From assembly GCF_036365525.1 (NCBI RefSeq), contig NC_090411.1, positions 32,954,804 through 33,018,803 of the forward strand: a stretch of DNA of 64,000 bases. The letters are read 5' to 3'. Shown in pieces: positions 1 through 26,989 of the stretch; position 1 is the first letter of the stretch, and every line of letters begins with the position of its first letter. The notes under the pieces are model-generated. The model was not told the DNA's origin. It searched no databases and saw only the letters and a program-made list of their open reading frames with translations. The position numbers and the translations under genes were made by a program. Source of the DNA: Heterodontus francisci (Eukaryota).

Positions 1-1338
1 GGATTTCCCTTTAGTAAAATCATGTTGACTTTTTGATCATACTACAATTTAAGTGCATTGTTAAGACTTACTAGATTCCAGCATTTTCCTGATGACTATT
101 GGGCTAACTGGCCTGTAGTTTCCTATTTTCTCTCCCTCTTTACAGAATCACAAATATTACAGAAGGAGGCTATTCGGTCCATCGTGTCTGCACCAGCTCT
201 CCAAATGAGCAGTTCACTTAGTGCCATTCCCCCACCTCCCTGTAACCTTGCACATTCTTCCTTTCCAGATAAATCTAATTCCCTTTTGAATGCTTGTTGA
301 ACGTGCCTCCCACTCCACTCACTGCATGAAGTTTTTCCTCTTGTCGCTTTTGCTTCTTCTGCCAGTTACTTTAAATCTGTCTTTTCATGAGTGGGAACAG
401 ATTCTCTGTCTAGATCCCTCATGATTTTGAATACCTCTATCAAATCTCTCAACCTTTCTTGAACAGTATTAGTGTTACATTTGCTAACTTCCAATCTGCT
501 GACTGGCTGAACAGGCTTGATGGGGTGAATGGCCTACTCCTGTTTATATATACAGTAGTAATTATCCCTGCTGGGTTGGCTGACCATGCATATAACTTGC
601 ACTTTCGTTTACAGCACCTTTTCATCTCCCAAAGGGCCCCTCGGGGTCCGGTGGAGGAAGGGGAAGTTTCTGAAAGCATGGTTCAAGAGATTGCTTTGAG
701 GGGAGGGGAGTGGAGAGGTTGAGAACCTCAGTGCTGTCACTGGGAGCTGGAGTCACTTCCACACAGGGTTGTACAAGTTTGGAACTCTCTTCTGCAAATG
801 ACAACTGATGCTAAATTAATTTAGTATTAAAACTGAGTGATAGATTTTTGTTAGGTCTATTAATGAATAGCAACATGAGTAGGTCATTCAGCCCTTTGAG
901 CCTGCTCTGCTGCTTGTCAAGATGACTGATCTGATTGTGGTCTTAACTCCACTTTTCTGTCTGACTCCCTTTTCTATGAAAAATCTATAGGTACATGAGT
1001 AGGATATGGGGAAAAGGTGGTTATTAGGTCAGTTGCAGATCAGACACGATCTCTTTGAATGGTGGAACAGGCCCAAGGGGCAGCATGGTCATCTCCTATT
1101 CCTATAAGCTTTGTCTTAGTTTTCGACTTCCTCACCAGAGGAAATAGGGTAGATTGAGAGAAATAGCAACTCATTTTGATCAACTTAAACACCTCAATTT
1201 AATTGCTCCTTAATCTTTTCTACTCATGTGAATAGAAGCCTAGTCTGTGCAACCTCATAATTTTACCCTTTAGGATAGAGATGTAGGATCAGCAATGCAA
1301 CATGAACCTGTTACTGATGGTGGGTTATTTGTTTCCAG

Positions 1339-1447
1339 TGATGCACTAGATGCATTGGGCCTGAAACGATACTGCTGTAGACGGATGCTGTTGTCCCACG
1401 TGGACCTGATTGAAAAACTCCTGAACTATGCACCTCTGGAGAAGTGA
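1339..1447 (+). CDS. POLR2L: RNA polymerase I/II/III subunit RPABC5 (RPB10), last coding exon; exon 1 lies upstream of the window
   Basis: After acceptor ttgtttccag it translates (G)[35 protein letters not shown], the highly conserved RPB10 C-terminal half. Too short for the ORF track. Confidence 0.97.
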
Positions 1448-1584
1448 CACACTCTTGGCTTCTGGATCATGGCGATGGGAAGTATTAGTCAAACTCTACA
1501 CATGGATCTGAATATTGCGATCGCTGTTTAGTCCATGTTTTTAGGACTGGGACAAGAGAACACTTTACTTTATATTGTTTCTCA

Positions 1585-1590
1585 AATAAA
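1585..1590 (+). terminator. Likely polyadenylation signal of POLR2L
   Basis: AATAAA about 140 nt after the stop, followed by GT/T-rich sequence (tgtgtttttgt). Confidence 0.7.
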
Positions 1591-2874
1591 ATGGGGATTT
1601 AACTCATCAGAGCCATGTGTTTTTGTAGAGCTGCACTGGAAATTTCTACTAGTAAATATTTCTACAGGGTAATCTGATTTGAATTACTATATATGTTGAG
1701 GCAGAATGCCTTACTGGTCTGCTGTTCATCTCCTTGATGTGGTCAGAGCTGGAAATAACCATATTGTCATAAGATCATTTATAGCATGAGGGCATTTTCC
1801 CACTATGCCATTGCTAGCTGTTTGTTATCTGCTCTAACCCTACATCTTTTTATAATCAATACTTATCTAAGGTCCCCTTTAAATATCATTAAGCATGGCA
1901 TGAAATCTGAGATTGTATTGTCTTCACATTGCCCTTTGGAGAGGGATTTGTGTGTTCTCAAGGTGATCTCCAACCAACACTTTGAAAGTAGTAAGAACAT
2001 TTAGACATGAATAAATTACTTTTCTAACACTTCAGTGTTGTGGATTGCTTCAAGAGATTCCCATTTGTCTAGGCCAGCAGTCTTCCCCAGCCAACACCAA
2101 AACAAGGCAAGCAGTATTCATCTGTGGGGTCTTGCTAGTGCAGTACAACTAGCATTTTACTTCTGTCACAATTCAGTGTTAATTCTGTCTGCCATTTGTG
2201 TTCATGGCTAAACCTTCTTCCATAATGACCCTTAAATGGATTGTGCTACCACTTAATTTTAATTTTGTGTCCTGTGAAGTTGCAAAAACTTAAGGTAGTG
2301 TCATAATATTGTATGGTGCAGGAGGAGGCTGTATGTGGAATAGTGAATAGGGATCACTGGTTGAACGTGACTGGTGTATGGCCTTATCTAAAAAAAAAAG
2401 ATTCAAACTAGGTGAATGGAACCTGGGGCCTCACTGTCCATATTTCACAATTGATGCAGATTTCTGAAGACTAATGTGCATACCCAGCATTTGCTGCCCT
2501 TCTGCCAGGTCTGTGCAGGTGATCATTTGGAAATGGAGCTGAGTTGGGAGGTTAACTTCTGTCCCACAGCAATGTTTAAATAAAAGCTATTGAAATGTAC
2601 AAGTCTTGTTTTTGTCTGTAAATGATGCAAACATCTCATTGCTGATCAACATATTTGCATGTTCCAATTTAGGAATCAGATTCAGGGAAAAAGGAAAAGG
2701 ACAAATTGGACCAGGTTGCCTGGACTTCCTGGGATGGCATGACTAAGACACATGTCAGTTGAAGTAGGGATTTGTCTTATCACTGGTTTGAAGTGATTTC
2801 AGCAGCAATAAGTGTCAGTTATAAAGTCAGTCTATAAGAACCAGGGGAACTCCTGCATCTGCATTTATGCCACT

Positions 2875-3126
2875 GGGGTGGCCCAGTGGTTAGCATCACA
2901 GCTCCAGCAAGCCGGGTTCAGTTCTAGGTACTACCTGTGTGGAGTTTACACTGCATAGGTTTCCTCCCACAGCCAAAGACTTGCAGGTTGGTAAGTAAAT
3001 TGGCCATTGTAAATTGCCCCTAGTGTAGGTAGGTGGGGATTAATGTAGGATTAGTATAATGGGTGGTTGATGGTTGGCACAGACTTGGTGGGCCGAAGGG
3101 CCATTTTCAGTGCTGTATCTGACTAT
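2875..3126 (+). mobile_element. tRNA-derived SINE (V-SINE/HE1-like), decayed
   Basis: A/B boxes, tgtgtggagttt and ggtttcctcccac core, CR1-like tail. Confidence 0.8.
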
Positions 3127-3339
3127 GCTTCAGGCCATCATGTAAAACATTTTACAAATTTCTGGCAATAAACAAAGTTTTGAAATACCAAGTATAGTTG
3201 CTATTGTAGGGAAATATAGCAGCTGAGTTTGCACGTGGCAAGCTTCCCCTAACAGCTGTGGAACCAGCCAGATCATGTTTTAGTGATGGGCCACAGCACC
3301 AGAGAATGCCTACTCATTTAAAATCTGTTTAGGGCTATG

Positions 3340-3530
3340 GGCATTGCTGGCATTTGTTGCCCAGCTCTAATTGCACTTTAACTGACTTGGTAGGCCATTT
3401 CCGAGGGCAGTTGTTAACCACATTGCTGTGGGTCTGGAGTCACATTGACCAGACTAGGTAAAGACAGTAGATTTCTTTCCCTAAATGACATGAACCAGAT
3501 GAGTTTTTAGGACAATTGATGCCATGCAAC
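3340..3530 (-). mobile_element. Decayed SINE-like derivative joining the 5' body and 3' tail of the tRNA-headed LINE
   Basis: Matches 15330-15490 (aaccacattgctgtggg...) joined directly to the 3' tail (taattgc...) with no coding region. Confidence 0.7.
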
Positions 3531-3553
3531 TATTACTGAGATAACTCAATTAA

Positions 3554-3694
3554 GGATTTACATTAAAATGTTTCAAAATATCAGTACAGTAGCTTAAAAA
3601 TGGTTTCAAATAACATGTGGCAACAGCTCATACTATGCTACAGTATTCAACTTATCAAGAGGAGAAAGAGTCACTTACATAACCAAATGTTATT
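3554..3694 (-). repeat. Diverged duplicate of the proximal PRMT1 3' UTR (7888-8120)
   Basis: Shared colinear blocks ggatttacattaaaatgtttc, agtacag.agcttaa.aatggtt, gtggcaacag, ttcaact.atcaaga, aaccaaa. Confidence 0.85.
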
Positions 3695-4129
3695 CTAAAA
3701 ACAAGCAGTGGCTTGTATACTGAAGTGCCTGGAGTGGACTTCAACCCACAATCTTTAATCTAAAGGCCAGAGTGCTACTGATTTGAGCTGGATGACTTCA
3801 GTGCTGCACTGAGCTACCAGGCTGGTGGTGGCTATGTCTTTTGTTGCCAGTATTGGTTCTGTAATTACGTCAAGTTGGATAGGAGGGGGTTAGGGTATGT
3901 TTGCTGACTGTCCATTGTCTATACACCAGAACAAATAAAAGCACCAATGTGTTGATCTAAAGTAGTGTCTTGCTTATTGTAACAATTTCTGAATAGTAGC
4001 AGTCTTGAAAGGGTGCACAAACTACCACTGCTTGACAGTAAGGTGCAAAGGGAAGACCACCTGCTTTTCACTTGTTTTTTTAAACAGGCCCAAGACAAGT
4101 CAACCAGACATCAAGACTGACTCTTTCAA

Positions 4130-4600
4130 TTCTTCCCTTCCCATCATCCAGAACTTCAAATTTACTTGTACATCTCCCAGATTAGTATATGGTATTCCCT
4201 GCTCGAGATGCAGTCTCCTCTACATTGAGACGACCAAACAGTGTTTTGCTAAACACATCAATCTATTCCATCCACAATCTTGGCCAAGCTTAATCCCTTC
4301 TCACTTTAATTCTCCATCCTACTCCTGAACTCTTGACCTCAGCCTCTTGCATTGAGCTTCATTGGAACAGCAACTCAAAGGTGATATGATGGGGCAAGGC
4401 AGAACTGTCATTTAATCACTTGCCTTCCACCCAATCACAGACCTTCCCTTGCATATTTTCTCCCCCTGCATCCCAATGTACTTGCTTATATACTGCTGGA
4501 TTCTAACCTATTCCAGTTCTGATGAAAGGTTAGTTGACCAGAAATGCAGTTTCTCTCGCTCTCTACAGATGCTGCCTGACCCAAATGTTTTCAGCATTTC
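4130..4600 (+). mobile_element. Penelope-like fragment (GIY-YIG)
   Basis: FTCTSPRLVYGIPCSRCSLLYIETTK followed by the ctacagatgctgcctgacc terminal motif. Confidence 0.7.
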
Positions 4601-4925
4601 CTCAAAGCAACGACAGCTGCCACTGCAAATCAAACAAAAAATAAAAATATGCTGGATAAGTCATAGCAAACAAGTTCACTTTTTGGGTATGGACTCTTCA
4701 AAAAGTTTTAGCAAAGGAGTCAGTCCTAAAATATTTTATCAGTTCTCCTGGCTGGCTGAGCATTGTCAGATCCTGCATTTATCTCAAACTTGAGGAGTGA
4801 TCTGCATTATCATAGCATTACAACAGGGGAAAATCATTGCTACTTGTCTCTAAAATGGTATCTCAAAGGTGACAAGTGGCAGCTGAAGAAAACAGACTTG
4901 CACAAGAGAAAGTTTAAGTCAAACT

Positions 4926-4931
4926 TTTATT
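4926..4931 (-). terminator. Candidate distal polyadenylation signal of PRMT1 (implies a 3' region of about 3.3 kb)
   Basis: AATAAA on the minus strand at the edge of the TE-free block that runs from the PRMT1 stop codon. Confidence 0.55.
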
Positions 4932-5968
4932 CTCAATGAATGTCACCATATATAAAAACAACAAAAGCATAATTTACTACACAGTCACAATGTTTGCCAG
5001 TCAGTACTTAGGGGTTTAGAAGACCAACATGGCAGTCTCAACATACACTAATACTCTTTAAAAAGATCAATTTTAGGTACAAGTCAGGGCTGTAACAAGG
5101 CTTAGAAATACAACTGTCCCTTTAAAACTAAAAGATGTGTGGGGGGAGAAAAAAAAAAGTAGTTTCTACTACTCCTTATCCCTAAAGAAAATCTTAAGGG
5201 TATCAGGACTGCAATACAGAGCAACTTGCTCAGATCCCTGGCTCGACTCTAACGTGCTAAAAACCATCAGATGACAGCTTCTAAACAGCAGTCGGGCGAC
5301 AGGCCGAACCGCGGGCACAACAGCATTCGCAGCAGCCCACCAGGCCTTGGCTCAGTAACAGCAGAGATGAAATTGCACCCAGGAAGCAAATGTCAAATAA
5401 TAGCTGCAGGCCAAAACATTCCCAATTAAAGATTCAATTAGGGTGGAATGTGCACCTTAAAAACTGAGGAAAAGCACATATAGGAAAAGTTAAAACATTC
5501 TGCCAAGAATTGCCATTCAGTCAAATCAAAGCTTGGTCACAGCCCTTGGATATTGTATTGTACATAACTGAAACACCATCTCCACATATCAAAAAAAATT
5601 GGTATAGCAAGGCATCACTCAGATTCCAAGGAGCATCTTGTTTCTAGTTTTACTTTCAGACCTGATGAACAGACCTAACCAAATAGGTTAGTGGGGAACC
5701 ATCCGATGCACCAACTGGTGTCGTACTGAGCCATATCTGTGCAGAACTCAGTGAAGATAGCAAGGGGTGTTACAATTAGCTACAGCAATTGATGAGGCTG
5801 GTAAGGGTAGAGAGAAAAAAGATCAGCCAGGGCGTGTGACCTTTGCTGGACAGCAGACAGGTGTGAAAACCAGAATTCAGTCAGAGATGACTGTCAGCTG
5901 TATCACTGGTCAATGCTCCCTAGCCAGACTCTCAAACCATATCACCAGGACGGTAAAACATGCTTGCG

Positions 5969-6029
5969 TCACACTTTAAGTGGATCGCCAGATGATGGAG
6001 CATCATAAATGACATCCACCACTAAAGGT
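5969..6029 (-). ncRNA. Candidate structured RNA or pre-miRNA-like hairpin, copy A
   Basis: Arms nearly identical to 6874-6938 and mutually complementary; loop differs. Confidence 0.45.
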
Positions 6030-6873
6030 GGTTCTCATGAAACTTGCAGTACAAGCCAATTGGAGGGAGGGAAATGAAACATTAGTGTTTTCAGCCAAAT
6101 ACAGTCACATGCACAAGACCTAGAAGTTAAAACCCCTTTTCTCAACCTGAATGGTGCGTCGCTAAGGAGATCATATTCTGCTCAAACAATAACCGTTTAA
6201 GATAGTGTTTACAAAGCAATGATTTCCATCGCACCAGGGCTGTAACGTATACCACAGCTACGCCAACCTGCAGCCTTACAAATGTCTAATTCCTCACCTG
6301 GTGCAAGCACTACTTGCAAATAGAAGGTGGTGTTGGGTTTAAAAAAGGGGGGGGGGGGGGGGGGACACACATGGAGAACAGAGTGAGAAGATAACAAAGG
6401 ATAGTTACAGCCCTCAGGTGACTATTTTACTCAAGATATGCAGCCACTTCCATTCAGCTTTTTAAAAACAAGCTCAATGGCAATCGCTTACCAGGCACAA
6501 TGGGTACCACTATCAGGTGATTTTTACACATAGTGTCTCTGCCCAGAGCAGATTCAAAATTCCCTAAGTTTCAGAACAACTCCCCCAATTTCTTACCGCA
6601 CAGCGCATTCCCAATCACCAAGTGAATTAGCAAGGTAGTTGTTCAACTGGACCGGCAAGGTTATAGAGCTTGGATGACTTGGCTCTGCCAAGTTTCACAG
6701 TAACATGGACTCTTGCAATGCGCAAAACAAGCAGGCCGTCACAAACCTTCGACACAGGTGCTCAGACCTGAAGACTCTACATACACAATGGAATTTACAT
6801 AGAGCCTTGTGCAGAGGATAAATGAGCAGCAGCTACGTAGAGGTGAAGCAACAAACTCAAGTCACACTTAACT

Positions 6874-6938
6874 TCACGCTTTAAGTGGATCGCCAGACGA
6901 TGGGTTATCGAGCATAAGTGACATCCACCACTAAAGGT
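6874..6938 (-). ncRNA. Candidate structured RNA or pre-miRNA-like hairpin, copy B
   Basis: Paralog of 5969-6029, with 53 of 56 arm positions identical. Confidence 0.45.
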
Positions 6939-8213
6939 TACTTGGCAATTGCTCGAGAAACAAAAAGTTAACACTGAACCTAGAGTTCTTTGCACCTGAA
7001 GGCGGGAGGGAGGACAGATATTTCAAAATGTTGCCAATTTAATGGATGGATAAATCACTGTAGAAAAATCATTTAATTTTGGGACAAAAAAGGCAAACTA
7101 AAGTCAAGTTGAACTACTTTGAAGGAGATGGAGAGAGTCAATCATGGTGAGACCAGGGACTCAAGGAACAGACATGACACCCCAGCCAAACAGCAACCTT
7201 CTTGCAATGAGTCGAATTTTTACAAAATACAAGACGTTCACAGAAGCTACAATTCAGTATTGCATGTACCAGATTTATCACAACCAGCTGTAGTTGGCCT
7301 AAACGCAGAAGCACAACTCAGATCCACTCTTGGCACTGGGAATTTTGAGCCTTGCGTTCCAGTGGAATCAGGAAATTTGTGCTCATGCAGTCTTACAGAA
7401 GCTACAGAATGGGTACAACTGAAATATTAGCTTCCGATGCAGCAAACAAGTTTGAAAATAAATCTCCAACCCATCTGCCAATCACCCCAAACAGTTTTCT
7501 CAACCCGACTGCATTTGTTTGAGGGGGAGGGGGTGGGGTTAATGGTTTAGATCTCACCGTTACTCTTGAACTCCACCTCCCATCTCTGAAGGTTTATATA
7601 GTAACAATAGTTTTAACACTCTTCCCCCACCACACATCGAAATGCAACTTCACTCAAGAAAACAAAGTGTTCGCCAGTCACGAACGAGGTCCCAAAAATA
7701 AATTTTTAAAAACCGCAAAAGTATGACGCACTTGAAGTTAGGTCGTAATTGCTCTGCTGACTGAAGGATGATTTGCCAAATTAGGGAACTAGCAGAAATC
7801 TAAAGTACCATTCTTAAAAAAAAAATCAAAACAAACTTGATCTGATCGCAGCTCCTCCCTGCCAAGGTAGATATAGCTCAGAATCAGGGATTTACATTAA
7901 AATGTTTCTGTTTCAAAATAGAACAAAAACATAATGAGTACAGCAGCTTAAGAATGGTTCCATAATAGCGCAAGTGGCAACAGTTATTCCTAGAATTACT
8001 CTAGATTTCTTTCCCCCTCCTCCCAGCTCATATGCCGTGTTAACGGACTTCAACTGATCAAGAAGAGGAGCAGTCAGTCGCACAACCAAATTACTTTTTT
8101 TTTTAAATCCTGAAAATGTTATCTTTATATAGGACACTACAGTGGTCGTGCTGGAGACTGAATGGAGCGGTGAGGACGGTGCGCGCAGCTGGAGGAGGGG
8201 GATGGAGGTCGAT

Positions 8214-24290
<16,077 letters not shown>

Positions 24291-24645
24291 CTTGTGAAAG
24301 AAATGCCGTCATGTTCGTCGTCTCTTTTATACCCAGAAGGCACAGCTGAGCCCTCGCCCCTCCAGCGCTCTGATTGGCTGGTCTGAGCGCCCTCTGCTTC
24401 TCCATTGCTCAGTGCGGCTGCCACTCACTGACGCGTCACTATCTTTCCACCCTCCCACTGTAACGACGGAAACAGCAATTGGTGCATTGGCATGTCAATC
24501 AAACTTAAAGCGGACATACCATTGGGTGGTGAAGCAGGAGGGCGGTGCTCCAACACGTGTATTCCATTGGATCTTTATTATGTCAATCAGAGAAGGAGGC
24601 GGTCTTTCTCATTTACCGCCCCTTAAGAGGCAGCCGATTGGCCAG
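24291..24645 (-). promoter_or_regulatory. PRMT1 promoter within a CpG-rich island
   Basis: TATAAAA at 24331-24325 (-). Six CCAAT boxes (ATTGG on + at 24373, 24478, 24486, 24521, 24566, 24637). Palindromic CRE-like TGACGCGTCA at 24429-24438 and a GC box near 24540. Confidence 0.85.
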
Positions 24646-24799
24646 TGCTGCTCAACAGGAAATATTAAAGGTTACAGCTGTACGCACGTGGATTCAGAGC
24701 AGCTTCGGTCATGGAACCTAATGGTTGGAGATTCAAGTCCCTTAAAATCATCTTCATTTTAATTACTGGCACAAATTACTCAAAACCCCACAAATAGCT

Positions 24800-26388
24800 C
24801 CTCCTGAGGTCCCCAGCATCATAGATGCCAGTCTTCAGCCACACTCCATGGGATATCAACAAACAGCTGAAGGCACTGGATCCTGCAAAGGCTATGGGCT
24901 CTGACAACATTCCGGCAACAGTACTGAAAACCTGTGCTCCAGAACTGTTCCAGGACAGCTACACCACTGGCGTCTACCCGGCAATGTGGAAAATTGCCCA
25001 GGTATGCCCTGTCCACAAAAAGCAGAACAAATCCAAACCTGCCAATTACCACCCTCTCAGCCTACTCCCGCTCATCAGTAAAGTGACGGATGGGGTCATC
25101 GACAGTGTTGTCCCTCCCCAGCTCAGCAATAACCTGCTTACTGGCGCTCAGCTTATTTTCTGCCAGGGACTGTCAGCTCCTGACCTCATTACAGCCTTAT
25201 TCCAAACATGGACAAGAGAGCTGAGCTCCAGAGATAAGGTGAGAGTGACTGCCCTTAACTAAGTATGGCACCAAGGAGCCCTAGCAAAACTGGAGTCAAT
25301 GGAATTCAGGGGGAAAACTCTCCGTTGGTTAGAGTCATACCTAGCACAAAGGAAGATGGTTGTGGTTGTTGCAGGTTAATCATCTCAGTGGCAGGACATC
25401 ATTGCAGGAATTCCTCAGGATAGTGTCCTAGGCCCAACCATCTTCAGCTGCTTCATCAATGACCTTTCCTCCATCATAAGGTCAGAAGTGGGGATGTTCA
25501 TTGATTGCACAATGTTCAGTACCATTCATGACTCCTCAGATAATGAAGCTGCCCATGTGCATATGCAGCAAGACCTGGGCAACATCCAGGCATAGGCTGA
25601 TAAGTGGCAAGTAACATTGCACCACACAAGTGCCAGGCAATGACCATCTCAAACGAGAGAGAATCTAACCATCTCCCCTTGGCGTTCAATGGCATTACCA
25701 TCATTGAATTCCCAACTATCTACATCTTGGGGGTTACCATTGACCAGAAACTGAACTGGACCAGCCACATAAATACTGTGGCTACAAGAGCAGGTCAGGG
25801 GATGGGAATTCTGCGGTGACTAACTCGCCTCCGGTCTCCCCAAAGCCTATCCACCATCGACAAGGAACAAGTCAGGAGTGTGATGGAATACTCTCCACTT
25901 GCCTGGATGTGTGTAGCACCAACAACACTCAAGAAACTGAACACCATCCAGGACAAAGCAGCCCGCTCGATTGGCACACCATCCACCACCTTCAACATTC
26001 ATTCCCTCCACCACCGACGCACAGTGGCAGCCGTGTGTACCATACACTGCAGCAATTCACCAAGGCTCCTTCAACAGCACCTTCCAAACCCACGACCTCT
26101 ACCACCTAGAAGGACAAGAGCAGCAGATGCATGGGATCACTACCACCTGCAAGTTCCCCTCCAAGCCACATACAATCCTGACTTGGAACTATATCGCTGT
26201 TCCTTCACTGTCGCTGGGTCAAAATCCTGGAACTCGGTTCCTAACAGCACTGTTGGTGTACCTACACCCAGGGACTGCAACAGTTGGAAGCAGCAGATCA
26301 CCACCACCTTCTCAAGGACAATTAGGGATGAGTAATAAATGCTGGCCTATGCAGCGACGCTCACATCCCCCAAACGAATCAAAAAAAA
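24800..26388 (+). mobile_element. 5'-truncated copy of the same LINE family as 9730-15654
   Basis: RT fragments (KAMGSDNIP, LGVTIDQKLNW, SKSWNSVP) and the shared 3' end ...attagggatg...cacatccc plus A-tail. Confidence 0.88.
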
Positions 26389-26529
26389 ATATTCAAAGTA
26401 ATTGCTCACCATAAAAAAAATCAGACCCATTTTGATTTTTTTCACTCTTTTCATGTGTTGATTTAAATGCACACTTTACCTACATCCATCATTACTACTC
26501 AGGTAGTTCCCTTGCCGCCACTGCCTTAC

Positions 26530-26950
26530 TTGGTAGGACTCTCACCTCAAGGTTGTGGGTTTACGTCCCACTCTGGAAATTTGAGAACGTTCTCTCTGCT
26601 GACACTCACTGCGGTACTGAGGGAATGCGGCACTGTCAGTGGTGCCGTCTTTGGATGAGATGTTAAACCAAGGTCCCGTCTACCCTCTCAGTTGAACGTG
26701 AAAGGTCCCATGGCACTACTCGAAGAGGAGCAGGGAATTCTCCTGGTGTCCTGGCCAATATTTATCCCTCATACCAACACTTAAATACAGATTATCTGGT
26801 CATTATTTCAACTGCTGTATATAGGACCTTGCTGCTATGTTTCCTACATTAGAACAGCGACTACACTTCATAAGTAGCTATTTAACTATAAACTGTTTTG
26901 AGACATCCTGAGGCTGTGTAAGGCACGATAGCAACGCAGGTCTTTCTTTC
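26530..26950 (+). mobile_element. Deu-domain/SacSINE1-like SINE
   Basis: gatgagatgttaaaccaaggtcccgtc and gtcctggccaatatttatccctca core. Confidence 0.8.
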
Positions 26951-26989
26951 AGCCTTAATAGGTGTTTATGTAAAGTATTCAGGCTAGTC

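Noticed and set aside
6009-6045. SECIS-like ATGA-N11-AAA motif on the + strand
   Set aside because: No correctly spaced GA quartet partner or helix II shared by both copies, and no selenoprotein CDS on that strand.
5969-6938. Hairpins as C/D or H/ACA snoRNAs, including a 5.8S-antisense guide
   Set aside because: No canonical C (RUGAUGA) and D (CUGA) boxes or H/ACA two-hairpin layout conserved in both copies. The 5.8S complementarity is interrupted.
7556-7575. GAGTTCAAGAG match to a 28S rRNA segment
   Set aside because: Only about 11 nt and recalled from memory; expected by chance in a window this size.
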